Assembly (NCBI RefSeq): GCF_001194135.2
Contig: NC_068982.1
Coordinates: 192,245,135-192,309,134, forward strand
Source of the DNA: Octopus bimaculoides
Lineage: Eukaryota
Reading direction: 5' to 3'
Length of the DNA stretch: 64,000 bases
The first letter of the stretch is position 1, and every line of letters begins with the position of its first letter. A program made the position numbers and the translations under genes. Positions 48,020 through 61,258 of the stretch are shown in pieces. Under the pieces are notes generated by a model. The model worked only from the letters and a program-made list of their open reading frames with translations, was not told the DNA's origin and did no database searches.

Positions 48020-48870
48020 GAATCACTACCAGAACTAGAGAAAAAAAGAATTTCATGTCTGGAATCAAAAGGCCTTAGAATTAATTTAGTGAACAGCAAA
48101 GCCTTAGCAAGTAGGAAAACAGACAAATCACAAATCCTTTTGGGGAGATGGCCCTGCTTGATATGTAGAAAAAGTGTAGGTAGAAACTCTATAAGATGTT
48201 CCCAGTGTAAGCTATGGACACATAAAAGGTGCAGCAATATCAAAGGCAGGTCTTTGTGTGTGGCAGATGTGTAGTTCACAATAAACACTAGGAATGTACA
48301 AAGAATAGACTTTGTCAAATGCCCAGGGGGATATTCAGAAGTGGTAGATAGCTTCTGTTACCTTGGTGACAATGTCAGCAATGGAGGAGGATGCTCTGAG
48401 AGCATAGCTCTCGAATAAGAACAGGCTGGGCAAAATTCAGAGAGCTGCTACTTTTGTTGGTAACGAAGTGTCTTTCCCTCAGAATGAAAGGCAGATTGTA
48501 TGATGTGCAAACAGCCATGTTATATGGCAGTGAAATATGGGCTGTGACTACAGGGGCCATAATGAAGCCAGTATGCTTCACTAGATGTGCAATATCAGCA
48601 TACAAGTGTCTTAAAAGAAAAATTGAAGATAAGAGGCATCAGATGTGGTGTACAAGAGAGAAGACTGTGTTGGTATAGCTGTGTAATGCATATGGATGAG
48701 GACAGATGCATAAAGATTCTAATCTCTAACTGTGGAGGATGAGGTGGTGAAATATGCTACAGATGGATGCCCTTCCTAATGCCAACCACTCCATGAGTGT
48801 AGTGGGTGCTTTTTATGTACCACTGACATGGGAGCCAGTCAGGCAGCACTGGCATCGGCCACAACTACAA
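48020..48870 (+). mobile_element. Older RTE LINE copy plus tail fragment
   Basis: ESLPELEK...LESKGLRINL...WPCLICRKSVGRNSI, MKGRLYD..TAMLYGSEIW; frameshifted. Confidence 0.85.
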
Positions 48871-49589
48871 TTTCCATTTGATTGTGATTTGATTTTTGAT
48901 AAAAGACCAACACAGAAAACACTTTGTGCAGTAAATAAATGTTCTGTTAATGTCCACAAGTGTTGTTTATTACTTCCACATGCAGCTCTAGAAATACATT
49001 TTCATTCACTTCAGCAAACATCACACATGCTAGCAACATTGAGGTCTTTTATTTAAAAATTTGAAAGACATTAAAAATGGACAAATTGCAGGTAAGAAGG
49101 AATATTTTTATTGTTCTTCCAGTTGACTTTAGATTTCTCTTGTTCTCAACTACGAAATTTGTCAACCAAATCCCCAAATTCTGTATACTATCTGTATAGC
49201 TAATGAACTTCTTAAATGCATATTTTCAGATAACAGGTGAATGGTTTAGTTCTAATTGTTTCATTTGCTCTTTCTATGTGATAGGTCAACTTCAAAGAGA
49301 AGAAATGAAGAAAGATATTAAATAGTAACAAACTCAAGATCAAGAAACAGAAAGACATCATGCTGCAACTGAGAATGAGCCGTTTCTTTTGTTTGTGACC
49401 TGTGTGATTTTTGGCATCATTAGATGCTACACTTCTATATTTTAACTTATTAGTGTTTCAGTGAAGACCCCATGTTGCAATCAACTCCCTAAAAACTTAA
49501 TGATCTCCCCTTAACATTACACCATGACACAGCAGACAATATAAATTTCTTGAATTATTTAAGACTGACTTATTTGCCACATGAATGCA

Positions 49590-49760
49590 AGGGTGGCTGT
49601 GTAATTAATAAGTTTGCTTTGCAACCACATGGTTCCAAGTTCGAGTCTATGTACAAAACTTTGTCCAAGTAACTTCTATTTATAGCCTAAAGTTAACCAA
49701 AACTTTGAGTGAAATTCAGTAGACATAAACTGTGTGAAAACCCATCATTTATATTTATGC
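49590..49760 (+). mobile_element. Diverged tRNA SINE (CORE-like family)
   Basis: GGTGGCTGTGT...CATGGTTCCAAGTTCGAGTC...CTTCTATTTATAGCC. Confidence 0.6.
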
Positions 49761-49787
49761 ATGTGTATGGATGTACCTTACCATATA

Positions 49788-50531
49788 CAGGGTGTTCAGA
49801 CTGAATTTGACAATTTCTTATGTCACCTTTTTTGTTAGGAACAGCTGAGTGGCATTGGAGAACAGAAAAAGATTTTAAAGTGTTGTTGGGAAAAAAATTA
49901 GCTGGCATGGAGGACAGAAAGTTATCTGAATATTGGAAAATATTCACCTGTATCATATTTGTGCCAGGTATCAAAATGCTGACACCATGACTACTGCTCA
50001 GCGCTCTGTGAACACTGAAAAGGCTGTCAGACGTGACATAGACTGCTGCAACAGTGACTAGGAAGCTGTGGCTAGCAGGAAGAGAAACAGCAGGCATTCT
50101 GCACACTAGAATTCATCCAAAAACTGGTGAACAGGGCCTTATGCCCAATTCAGAGGTACCATGTGAAACTACCGGAGTCTGGTCAATCCCTGGCTGGAGA
50201 GGGTTGCTGCTGGAAGGCCATAGGGGTAGCAGCAGGACTCAGCTCCTTGCCATACTTCCAGAAAAAAAATTAGAAGTGATTGTTGGAGAATTTCTATGAC
50301 TTTATCAGCGCTAATTTCTGGCTTTCTAAATTCCTCCGATTGCAATTCCATGGATGTGTGGGGTACAGTTGAGAAAGACATCAACCACTCTGCTTGCAAT
50401 ACCAAGGCTCAGCTGGTGGCCAAATATCAAGATGTTCAAAGATCTTGCCAGACACAGTGAGAAACTCACATACTAGCTTCCAGTATCATCTTGAGGCCAT
50501 TGTGGAAGCTGAGTGTGGCTACTTTGAGTAA
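49788..50531 (+). mobile_element. Tc1/mariner-superfamily remnant
   Basis: TA|CAGGGTGTTC terminus; C-terminal remnants (PPDCNSMD/VWGTVEKDINHSACNTKAQLVA, LEAIVEAECGYFE*) spread over frameshifts. Confidence 0.65.
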
Positions 50532-51329
50532 ACTTTTATCTCCCAGCCATTATCTAGTTGATATTTTTAAATGTTTTTTTTTTTTAAAAACTAAGATTAT
50601 GCAGAGTGAAAACTCTCTCTACTAATACAATATGTTGTAAACTTAAGATTGAAAGGCAAAATTGAGCTTGGTGGAATTTTCACTCTGATCATAAAGAGCT
50701 GGGAGAAATGTCATTAAAGTTTTGTCCAACACACTAACAATTTTAGTGGTGGTGGTGGAGAAGATAATGATGATGATGAATATTTTGAAGATAAAATTAT
50801 TAACTTATCAAGATGAAGTATAAAATCAGGATACAGAGTAGGAAGAAATAAAGTGATTGCTGAACAAAGACTCCAGCCGTGACCATCCTGTCATATTAGG
50901 AGTAAGTAGGATTATATTATTTAATGTCTTTTTAGAGAGTCAAATAAGTTTTCAGCGAGATTTAGCTGTTTTGTCTAACACAGCCAGTGACCACCAAGTG
51001 GCTTCTGTTCTGTAAAGTTTCTGGCACCTAAATTTTACTAACACTGCTTTTATTAACTTGAAGGTGTAGTAAAAGATTGTTACCGACACTGCTGTACACT
51101 GCACACTAGAATTCATCCAAAAAAATGATGAAAATGACAAAACTCCTTGCAGTGGCCATGAATACTCCACACTCACCTGGCCACCTTCTCACCACCAATG
51201 TTTTTAATTCATTTTGTTATTTTGCAGCTTTTCTTCACATTTACTGTTCAAAGACTCAGGTATTGTCCACATCAGGGTAGTATTGAACTTCCAGCCTTGT
51301 GATTGAGAGTTTATACTTTATCTGTGGTA

Positions 51330-51430
51330 CTGCCTAGTGGCCTTATGGTTAGGGTGTTGCACTCACAAGTGTCAGATCGTGGGTTTGATTCCCAGACTGG
51401 GTGGGTTGTTTTGTTCAAGCAAAATGCTTC
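51330..51430 (+). mobile_element. tRNA-like SINE head
   Basis: TGGCCTTATGGTTAGGG A box; GGTTTGATTCCC B box. Confidence 0.5.
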
Positions 51431-52113
51431 ATTCCATGTTACTGTAGTGCTGTGGGGGTTAGGACCAGCATGTCAAAGATAAGACCCAACGAATTCTGCT
51501 GTGTGTTGTTGTAAAAGGGGACTAAAAGGGGTTGAGATTGAGGATTTGCACTCCAACCTTGTAAAACCTTCACCAGCAACAACTACCCAAACCTACCCAT
51601 GGGTTGGAGGGTTGTTGCTTGAATGGTGCAGAGGCATCGTTCGCCAGGAGTCGAAAGGGAATCACTAACAAATGGTAGATGCAGTGACACACTCTTACAA
51701 CACATGCCCCACACACACACACACACACACCACACCACTGCCCATGATATTAAACTCTGAGTAACAACAGCCCACAAAGAACGAATATCAGGAGAGCTAC
51801 CAGCCTTGCCAAGACATTCACTCCATAATCACTGATCATCAGGCATGACTTTATATTGGTTAGACTCCCTACCATCATCCTTATCACCCCCCCCCCTCGT
51901 CCTCTCTCTCTCTCTCCCCCTGCATCACAATGCCCTTAATTTAGGAATTCATTTCCTCTCCACCATCCACCATCGTCCTCTGGTGTTAACCATCACTTCA
52001 CCCACTCCATAATGATTGACAACCATCACTCCTCACTTGCTGCTGCCTGTTTCCATCAGTCACTCTCCCCCTCACCACTAAACAGGAAGTTGCCACCACT
52101 CTCTCTCTCTCTC

Positions 52114-52144
<31 letters not shown>

Positions 52145-52175
52145 CATTTCATCTTTCCCTCTTCCACTCTCTCTC

Positions 52176-52213
<38 letters not shown>

Positions 52214-52547
52214 CCTCTCTCACCTACAAACCTCTGCTGTTTATTCTCCAAACACTTTCACAGCGGTTACTCTCTCTTCTAAGAACCCCCATCCCAACAA
52301 ATTTGTTCTTCCTCTTCACAATTCTTTCACTATCCTATCCTCTTTTACCATCTCTTTTCACTATATTATCCTCTTACATGGACCCCCCCCCCATAGCCAT
52401 TTGAAGTTTCAAAAGAGATTCATTATATTTTTAATCAAATATTATTTACGAATTGTGTAAAAAAAAAAAAAAGATTAATGAAATATTCTGTGCATTGTAG
52501 AATTACAGCTGATTTATTACACATGTAACTTTTTAAAACAAAAACTT

Positions 52548-52656
52548 ACATGGAGCCCCTAGGATCATGTAGAGTCCCCAGGGTCATGTGGAGCCCCAGG
52601 GTCATGTGGAGCCCCAGGGTCATGTGGAGCCCCAGGGTCATGGTTGAGAACCACTG
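52548..52656. mobile_element. hAT-like terminus with a subterminal 18-bp tandem repeat
   Basis: About 5 units of GGGTCATGTGGAGCCCCA, then GGTTGAGAACCACTG (reverse complement CAGTGGTTCTCAACC, Charlie-like TIR). Confidence 0.6.
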
Positions 52657-54814
52657 ATGCAGTGTCTACAACACTGGGTCTGTGGACCATCTATTTTTGT
52701 TTGACCAACTACATGCAGTGGTCACTTGTAAAGGAGCCTCATTGTGGTAGATGTAGCAGCTAAATCTCCCTTAAATCAAATTATACTGTCTTATAAACAA
52801 GACACACTGGATAATGTAGACTGGAAAAAAATAAGATATGTTTACTTAGGGGTCTATGGCCAGGGATGAGCTGACACTAAACAAGAAAATCTAGGCTTAC
52901 ACAATAACAACTAGTAACAAGTAAAAAAAAATAGGGTAACTTAATTACGTATTTCTCTTTTAAATGGTAGGTTAAGTTAGGTTTGAGGGGTAGGTGGGTT
53001 GATTTGACAGACAGACAGACTAACAAGCAGATAGACAGATAGATGGACAAACAGAGAGACTAACAAATAGACAGATAGGTAGATTGACATACAGACAGAC
53101 AGATAAATAGAGTGACAAATAGACAGACAGATTGAACTTGAGACAGGCAGATAGACTGACAGACAGGCAGATAGATTGATAGAGACAGACACAAACTGAT
53201 AGACAGGTAAACAGACAGATGAATGGATAGACAGACAGCTAACAATTATAGAATGGGCCTGTAGAAGAGAAAGATATGGAAAGATATAGTGAAGGCTGAT
53301 CACAGAATGCTGAAGCTCAGAAATAGCAAGAGTTCATGGTTTGTAGCAAGAAGTAGCAGAAAAAATCCATCAAATAAGGGGAAAAAATGATGATGATATT
53401 TAATTAATTCAATAAGTAAAATATATGTAGGAGCTTAACTAAAAAGACATCAAGCAATAAAGACCATGAGCCTCAAAACAAAAGACACGGTTAAAACTTT
53501 GATCTTTCTGCTCATTCTCAATATCTTCACATTCTCCAACATCATTTTCCCATTTTCAGAAAATTCATAAAATATCAGAATCAGACACTTTTTCTTTCTT
53601 AATTTTGCACATCATTTCTGTTTAATACTGTTGATGCAATTCTAGAGTGTTCGTTGTAATCTTTTTCATTCCTCTCTATCATCCCCTCTCTCTCTCTCTC
53701 TCNNNNNNNNNNNNNNNNNNNNNNNNNNNNNNNNNNNNNNNNNNNNNNNNNNNNNNNNNNNNNNNNNNNNNNNNNNNNNNNNNNNNNNNNNNNNNNNNNN
53801 NNNNNNNNNNNNNNNNNNNNNNNNNNNNNNNNNNNNNNNNNNNNNNNNNNNNNNNNNNNNNNNNNNNNNNNNNNNNNNNNNNNNNNNNNNNNNNNNNNNN
53901 NNNNNNNNNNNNNNNNNNNNNNNNNNNNNNNNNNNNNNNNNNNNNNNNNNNNNNNNNNNNNNNNNNNNNNNNNNNNNNNNNNNNNNNNNNNNNNNNNNNN
54001 NNNNNNNNNNNNNNNNNNNNNNNNNNNNNNNNNNNNNNNNNNNNNNNNNNNNNNNNNNNNNNNNNNNNNNNNNNNNNNNNNNNNNNNNNNNNNNNNNNNN
54101 NNNNNNNNNNNNNNNNNNNNNNNNNNNNNNNNNNNNNNNNNNNNNNNNNNNNNNNNNNNNNNNNNNNNNNNNNNNNNNNNNNNNNNNNNNNNNNNNNNNT
54201 TGACATTTGTTGTTGCTGTTGTTGTTGTTGTCTTACTTTAATGGAATAGGCTGTTTTATAACGTGAAGGTTATTTCAAACCTAATATGACTTTATATCAT
54301 GATCTTTAGTTGAAATTACCAAAAGAATGTAAAACTTAAAAGTTAATACAGTAGATATTTAGACAAATGAAACAGAGACAGGAGATTAGGGGCTGATGTG
54401 GAGTTGAACTGGTAGAAGAACAGTTGTAGAAAAGGGGCTGAAGGAGTGATAAAAAAAAAAGTGAAACAAATGTTGAAAAAAAAAATGGAAATGTGGAAAA
54501 TTATGGGATGGGAGGGATATAGTGTTAAACTGCTTACAGAGGTGTATGGAAGAAATGTCAGATAGAACTTCTTATTATATCGTCATCGTCATCATTGATT
54601 TGACTCTGGTTTGTTCTTATTCCTGGTAGAATTTATGTGGGTACTACCTGTAACCTTAGGTATCCACAAGCTTTCAATTGTCTTTTGTGTGCTTAAAACA
54701 TACACCCCACCTCCCACCCCGATAATCTTTCCTAAGAGGCAAACTTTTCTGTTTAAGCTCTACAGGGCATTCTATTCCAAACTCCTTCAGCCATTTGTCA
54801 ATAACTTTGTTTAT

Positions 54815-55655
54815 GATTATTATTATTGTTTTACTTCTCAGAACACTCAGTCTTGTTTGCTCTGGTAGATTCTATGAGAGCAGACAGCAGCCTGTTGTCA
54901 GACACCTCACAGGGTCTCTTTCCACACATTATAAACTTTGAGACTTAGTTGTTAATTATCATGGGAGGCATTCAACATCCAAGGACCAATCTCAAAATCC
55001 TAGCTGTCCCCAGCAGAGCAGTTTTTTGGGGACTTGCTCTTTTTGAGAAATCAGAATTGACTCATGTCAATTTTGATTTCTCTGACATATTTCTCAAACT
55101 TGGTTCCTAGTGCTCCGAATGCCCTTAAAACTACTGGAATGACAAACACTCTCCTCATAGTCCACATTCTTGCGATTTCGTCTTTTAGTAGTCTGTATTT
55201 TTCAATCTTTTCTAGTTCTTTGCCATTTATGCATGTATCCCCTGGTATTGCAATATCTATAATTTTGGTTTCCTTTTTTCCTTTATCTACCACAACAATA
55301 TCTGGTCTCCCAGCATTCATTAGGGAGTCACATTGGATTGTAAAATCCTACAGTATCTTATATTCCTTGTTCTCTGTGACACCTTCTGGTTCGTTTTCGT
55401 ATCATTTCCATGCTCTGTTCAGGCCATACTTTCTACATAGCCTCCAGTAGATGAACTTAGCCACGTAATCGTGACTCCTTTTGTAGTGCTTTTGGGCCAG
55501 TTTGCTACACTCACTCACAATATGCGAGATTGTTTCGTTTCTGCTGCCACACATCCTACAAAGGGGCAATTCGATATTCTTATCTATTTGGAACTTGGTG
55601 TAATTAGTTCTTAGAGCTTGTTCTTGAGTGCTGCATATCAATGCCTCAATGCATC
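54815..55655 (-). mobile_element. R4/Dong-like non-LTR element 3' part (CCHC knuckle plus RLE endonuclease)
   Basis: QEQALRTNY...CRMCGSRNETISHIVSEC; RPDIVVVDK...IIDIAIP...KELEKIEKY; KTALLGTARIL near 54975-55030; TAA repeats at both ends. Confidence 0.9.
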
Positions 55656-55695
<40 letters not shown>

Positions 55696-55699
55696 ATTA

Positions 55700-55947
55700 T
55701 CCAGTGAGATGACAGAATCATTAGCATGTCAGGCAAGATGCCTAGCAACATTTTGTTCATCTTTCATCATCATCATCATCATCATTCTGAGTTCAAATTC
55801 TGCTGAGGCCAACTTTGCCTTTCATCCCTTCGGGGCCAATAAATTAAATACCAGTGAAACACTGAAGTCAGTGTAATCAACTAATCCCTTCCCACCAACT
55901 TTCAGGCCTTTAGTAGAAAGGATTATTATTATTATTATTATTATTTT
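55700..55947 (+). mobile_element. SINE with Nin/Deu-like motif and (TAT)n tail
   Basis: GAGTTCAAATTC, GCCTTTCATCCCTTCGGGG..., ends TAGTAGAAAGGATTATTATT. Confidence 0.65.
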
Positions 55948-57070
55948 GGTTTGGCTCCGGTTTGGTCTTATTCCTGGCAGGAATTATGTGGGTAGTGGGG
56001 TACTTCCTGTAACTTTAGGTATCCACAAGTTATCATTTCTAGGTTTGTCACACTGTCCTGCCAGCAAATGCCCTTGTGTGAAAATGGTTCTTTGATGGTC
56101 CAGTGGTATGGGGTCCATGTTTGACATCCATAGAATAGTGTAGAAATGACTTCAGCCTTGTAGATCTTGAGCTTTGTCGATAGTCTGATGCATTTCTGCT
56201 GAAGGACTTTCACTTTCAGTTTTGCAAGTGCTTGGTTGGCCTTGTGGATTCTGGATAAAGTATCACTGTCCAATGATCCATCAGCTGAGATTGTGCTGCC
56301 AAGGTACTTGAAACTCTCCATACACTTAAGCTGGACTCCCTCAATGATGATGTTTGCTTGGGGGAGAATTGTGTTTGAAGCTGCTTGGACCTCTGTTTTC
56401 TCAAGGTTTATGGTCAGTCCATAAAGCCTTCATGCTTCTGTAAAGCAATCAACATTGGTCTGCAGGTGATTTTCCTTGTGTGCCATAAGGATACAGTCAT
56501 CTGCAAATAGGGCTTCAGTGATGAGCTTTTCTACTGTCTTGGTTTGAGTAAAGAGTCAGCAGAGAAGGAAAAACAGAGCCATCTGAGTGATACACAGCCT
56601 GGTTTCACACCATTGGAGATGTTGGAAGAGTTGTTGCAGTCACATTGCAGAGAACTTGATTGGTCATATTGTCATGAAAGAGTCTGATCATTGTAATGAA
56701 CTTGCGTGGGCAGCCCAGTTTGGTTAGGATGGTCCACAAAGCTTCTCTTTTGACTGTGTCAAAAGCTTTGGTCAGGTCTATGAACACAGAGTGCAAATCC
56801 ATTTGTTGTTCAATACATTTCTCCTTGACTTGACACACAACAAACACCATGGCTATGGTGCTGCAGCCTGGGCAGAAGCCACGCTGGGCACCAGACAAGT
56901 TGCTCTCAGAGACACTGGTGATGGGTTTGTTGAAGAGGATGTGATCCAGGATTTTTCTAGCAATGGAAAGCAGGCAAATGCCCCTGTAATTTCCAGTCTC
57001 ATTTGGCTTCTTTGTTCTTATAGAGTGTAACTATGGTGGTGTCTCAGACGTCTGCTGGCATAACACTTTT
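55948..57070 (-). mobile_element. RTE (BovB-like) LINE RT fragment
   Basis: QRGF...EKCIEQ...FIDLTKAFDTV...GCPRKF; ALFADD near 56495-56512; FKYLGSTIS...STKLKIYKA...YGCQTWT. Confidence 0.88.
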
Positions 57071-57184
57071 CCTCCTAAACAGACACAAGGATGTCATGGA
57101 ATGCACTTTTATGGCAAGTCAAGGTCTTTGAGGAGGGGGAGGAGGAGGAGGAGGAGGAGGAGGAGGAGGATAATGATGATGATG

Positions 57185-57237
<53 letters not shown>

Positions 57238-57238
<1 letters not shown>

Positions 57239-58750
57239 TGACCTCAAACTTTATGGTAAAGATGAATACCAAGTCAGTTCCCTCATTGATACAGTGTATA
57301 CTTTCAGTGCTGATATCAGAATGGTGTTCGGACTGAAAAAGTGTGGTGTGTTAGTCTTGAAGAGAGGCAAAATCAAATGCATGGACGGGCTAGCGATACC
57401 GTCAGGGGAGTTTATGAAGCAGATAGAAGAGATGGGCTACAAGTATTTGGGGATGTTGGAAATGGATAAATTAATGGAGAAAGAAATGACAGAAAAATTT
57501 AAGGTGGAGTACTTGCACAGACTGAGACTGATGATCCTTAAGTTGAAATTAAACGGACGGAATAAGATAGAAGCCATCAACATCTGGGTGGTTTCACTCC
57601 TTAGATATGGAGCAGGGGTAATCGCATGGACAATAAACGAACTAAACAGCTTATACAGAAAGACAAACAAGTTGCTGACTAGATATGGGATACTCCACCC
57701 AAAAAATGATACAGACAGACTGTATGTACCAAGAAAAAGAGGGGGAAAAGGACTGATTGGATGCGAACACAGCATTAGAACAGAAGAAAACATAGCGTGG
57801 TATGTAAAAAATACCACAGAACCGCTATTATTGGATGTAAGAAGGTCAGGCTTGTGTAGGATGGAAGATTGCAAAGATAAAGCACTGTACAAGCACTTGA
57901 GAATGAATGAAACTGAAAACAGGTGGATAAAGAAAAAGAATGTATGGACAATTTCACAGGGATGTTGAAGACAGAGACAAAAGATGGCTGTGGATGACAA
58001 AAAGTGATTTAAAACAAGAAACGGAGGCTTTAATCTGTGCTGCCCAAGAGCAAGCGTTAAGAACCAATTACATCAAATACAGAATAGACAACACATCAGA
58101 AAGTGATAAGAGCAGAATTTGTGGACAAAATGGTGAAACCATATGGCATATTACCAGTCAATGTATGCCACTAGCCCAGAAAGAATATAAGAGCCATCAT
58201 GACAACATAGCAAGGATTGTCCATTGGACACTTTCCAACAAGTATGGACTTGACAGAGCAAAAATGTGGTACGAACATAAACCCGAAGGCATCGTCGAAA
58301 ATAGAAATGCAAAGATGCTATGGGATTTTATGATTCAGTGCAACCATGAGATTGACCATAGGAAACCAGACATAGTGTTGAGAAAGAAAGCAAACAATGA
58401 GGATCATAGATATAGCATGCCCAGCTGACAACAAGGTATGCGATAAGGAAGAAAGAAAAGGTGAGAGATATGACAGGTTAGCTTGGGAGGTTAAGCAGTT
58501 GTGGTCGATGAAAAAGGTGGTAATAATACCAATAATTGTCGGAGCCCTGGGAATAAATAGGGGCTGCAATAAGGGTGGAGCACTTGCAGAAAAGAGCACT
58601 GCTTGGAACTACTTGAATACTCCGGATGGTGCTTGGAAAATAAGGGGTGTTACCTTAGTTCACTGGTAGTGAACGGCTGACACCTTAGTACATCTCCAGG
58701 GTTAGAAGCTGTGCAAAGACAATAAAATGATAATAATGATAATGACACAT
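57238..58750 (+). mobile_element. R4/Dong-like non-LTR element, 5'-truncated within RT
   Basis: Starts at DLKLYGKDE; FSADIRMVFGLKKC, YKYLG, LYVPRKRGGKGL; QEQALRTN...ICGQNGETIWHI; RKPDIV, IIDIACP, IIPIIVGALG; AAT-rich tail. Confidence 0.92.
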
Positions 58751-58904
58751 GCATGTTATTATTATTATTGACATAATGACTCTGCCAAGTAACAAGAAGA
58801 TGAGTTTTATTTGTTTTGTCTACATCAATAGTTACGACTTGATTGGTATTGCCACTTGTTAGAAAGTTTCTATGGATCTGAAGCCATTATGTTATTTCTG
58901 GTTT

Positions 58905-58942
<38 letters not shown>

Positions 58943-59042
58943 TGCGCTATTGAGTTGAAAAGCTCATCTGATATAAAAGACAAAAACCAAACTGCTATAC
59001 ATTTAAAAAATGACATATCAAAGAAATTTGCCTACAGAGAGG

Positions 59043-60560
59043 TCATCATCATCATCATCATCATCATCCTCGTTTAATGTGCATTGTCCATGCTGGCATG
59101 GGTTGGACAGTTTGATCAGAGTTGGCAAGCTGGAAGGCTGCACCAGGCTCCAGCCTGATTTAGAGTGGTTTTTATGGCTGGATGCCCTTCCTAATGCCAA
59201 CCACTTTACAAAGTGTGATGGGTGCTTTTACATGGCATCGCATGGGCACTGGCAGAGGACTCTTGCAGGTCAATCCTCTCCCCCAGGGGGAGTGGCCTTA
59301 ACACTTCTGCTGTGGAGCACAGGTCATCTTGAGCACAGCAAGGCATCAGGCATCCAGGTCCTTTGTCATCTTGCTTGGAAGGTTCAATATGCTGAGGTCA
59401 TCCTTCAATAGTCATCTCATGTCTTCCTGGGTCTCCCACTTCCACATGTTCTATCTACTTTGAAAGAATGGCACTTCTTTATGAAGCTTTATGGTATCCA
59501 TCTGCATCACAGTCTTCTCTCATGCACACAACTAATTCCTCTTATGCCTAACTCCTCTCTCCATACACTAGTTCCCTATTGAACATGGACACTTACATTA
59601 CACATCTAACCTTCATATGTCCTCTGCATTCGGTGCCTGCATCTCATTACCATGTAGAATTGCTGTTCGTATATACACACATCATACAATCTTCCTTTCA
59701 CTCGGAGAGAAAAACCTTTTGTAGCCATCAGAGGCAACAGCTCTCTGAATTTCCTCCATCCTGTTCTTATTCTAGCTATCACACTCTCCGTGCATCCACC
59801 CCCACTACTAATTTGATCCCCCGAGTAGCAGAAATTGTCTACTACCTCTAATGATCCTAGGCATTTAACAGATTCAATTTCCCAAGTCTTTATAGCTCTA
59901 TGGATCCTGTGCATCTTCCACATACAAACACTACCTTCTCAGATAACCTTTTAGCTCTGATATAGAATCTGCAATGAGTACAAGATCATCAGCATATAGC
60001 AGTTCTCAGGAGCTGCCAGTCTTGAATCTTTCTGCCATGGCCTGGAGGACAATGATGAAAAGGAGGGGACTGAGGGCTGAGCCTTGATGAACCCCTACCT
60101 GTACACCAGATTCTTCAATTTTACTCATGGTGTTAACTCTCACCTTACTGACAATATCTCTGTACATGGCCTGTACAGCTTTCACCAGCCATTTGTTAAT
60201 CGCACCACATAACACAGCAGGCTACTTTATTGAAGACTTTCTCTACATCAACAAATGCCAAGTGTTAAGAGTTTTCTCTTCGCTAAGTTCTTCTCTTACA
60301 GTTGGCTGATTCTGAAAATAGCATCAGTAGTGCTTCTTCCCCGGACAAAGCCAAACTGCATTTTAGTCTGGCCTAATTCTGCTCTCCTAATTAATTGGGC
60401 TATGACTCACTCTGTAATTTCCACCACCTGGTCCAGGTGTTTAATGCCTCTATAATTGCTTCTATCTAAAGCATCACCCTTACCCTTGTAGCAGCTAACA
60501 ATAATGCTGCTATTCAAGCAAGTCTCTGGGTATTACACCTTTCTAAATGACCTGATTAAA
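59043..60560 (-). mobile_element. RTE LINE copy (RT to 3' UTR), decayed
   Basis: YKGKGDALDRSNYRGI, MQFGFV, GVHQGSALSPLLF, LLYADDL, FCYSGD; (CAT)n from 59043. Confidence 0.88.
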
Positions 60561-60719
60561 CTATGTGGGTGACCAGCCCATATCCTTCCTTACTGAATAT
60601 TTTGAGCTTCTTGGCCATGATTCTGGATGGACCAGGGGTGGCCATATTTAATGCAGTCTATCAAACATCTTATTAGAAATAATAATGTGGTGATGAGAAC
60701 AGAATATCAGCCCTATTGC

Positions 60720-61258
60720 TAATATCTGTCATCATTGTTTTACATCTGCTTCTCATGTCGGCATGGGTTGGATGTATTGACACAGTCTGGATCATTCTTA
60801 TTTTGAATTACTGCCCTCCTAAATGGAACAAAGAAGTACATTTCATTCTTACATTTGGCTTGGTTCTATGGCTGGATACTCTAACCCTAACACTAACCGT
60901 TTTACTGAGTGTACTTTATAATGTCACTTACGAGAAAAATTATATGCTACTTGGTGACCCAGCCAGTGCTGGTGCCATGTAAAATGCATCCAGTTCACAC
61001 TATAAAGTAATTGGCATTTGGAAGGGCATCCAGCTAGAAAAAAAGAAAAACATGCCAAAACTGACTTCACCTGTGCTGGTGCCATGTCAAAAGCACAGTC
61101 CTCTCTGCAGGGTGGTTTGTGTTAGGAAGGGCATCCAGTAATGAAAACCATGTCAAAGCAGGCACTGAAGCATGGTGCAATTTTCTGCCTAGCCAGCTCC
61201 TGTCAAACCATCCAACCTGTGCCAGCATGGAAGGCAGATGTTAAATGATGATGATGGG
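60720..61258. mobile_element. Two diverged, oppositely oriented 3'-end copies of the GAT-tailed RTE family
   Basis: GCATGGGTTGGATG at 60760-60775 (minus copy); GGAAGGGCATCCAG twice and GTTAAATGATGAT at 61240-61255 (plus copy). Confidence 0.6.
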
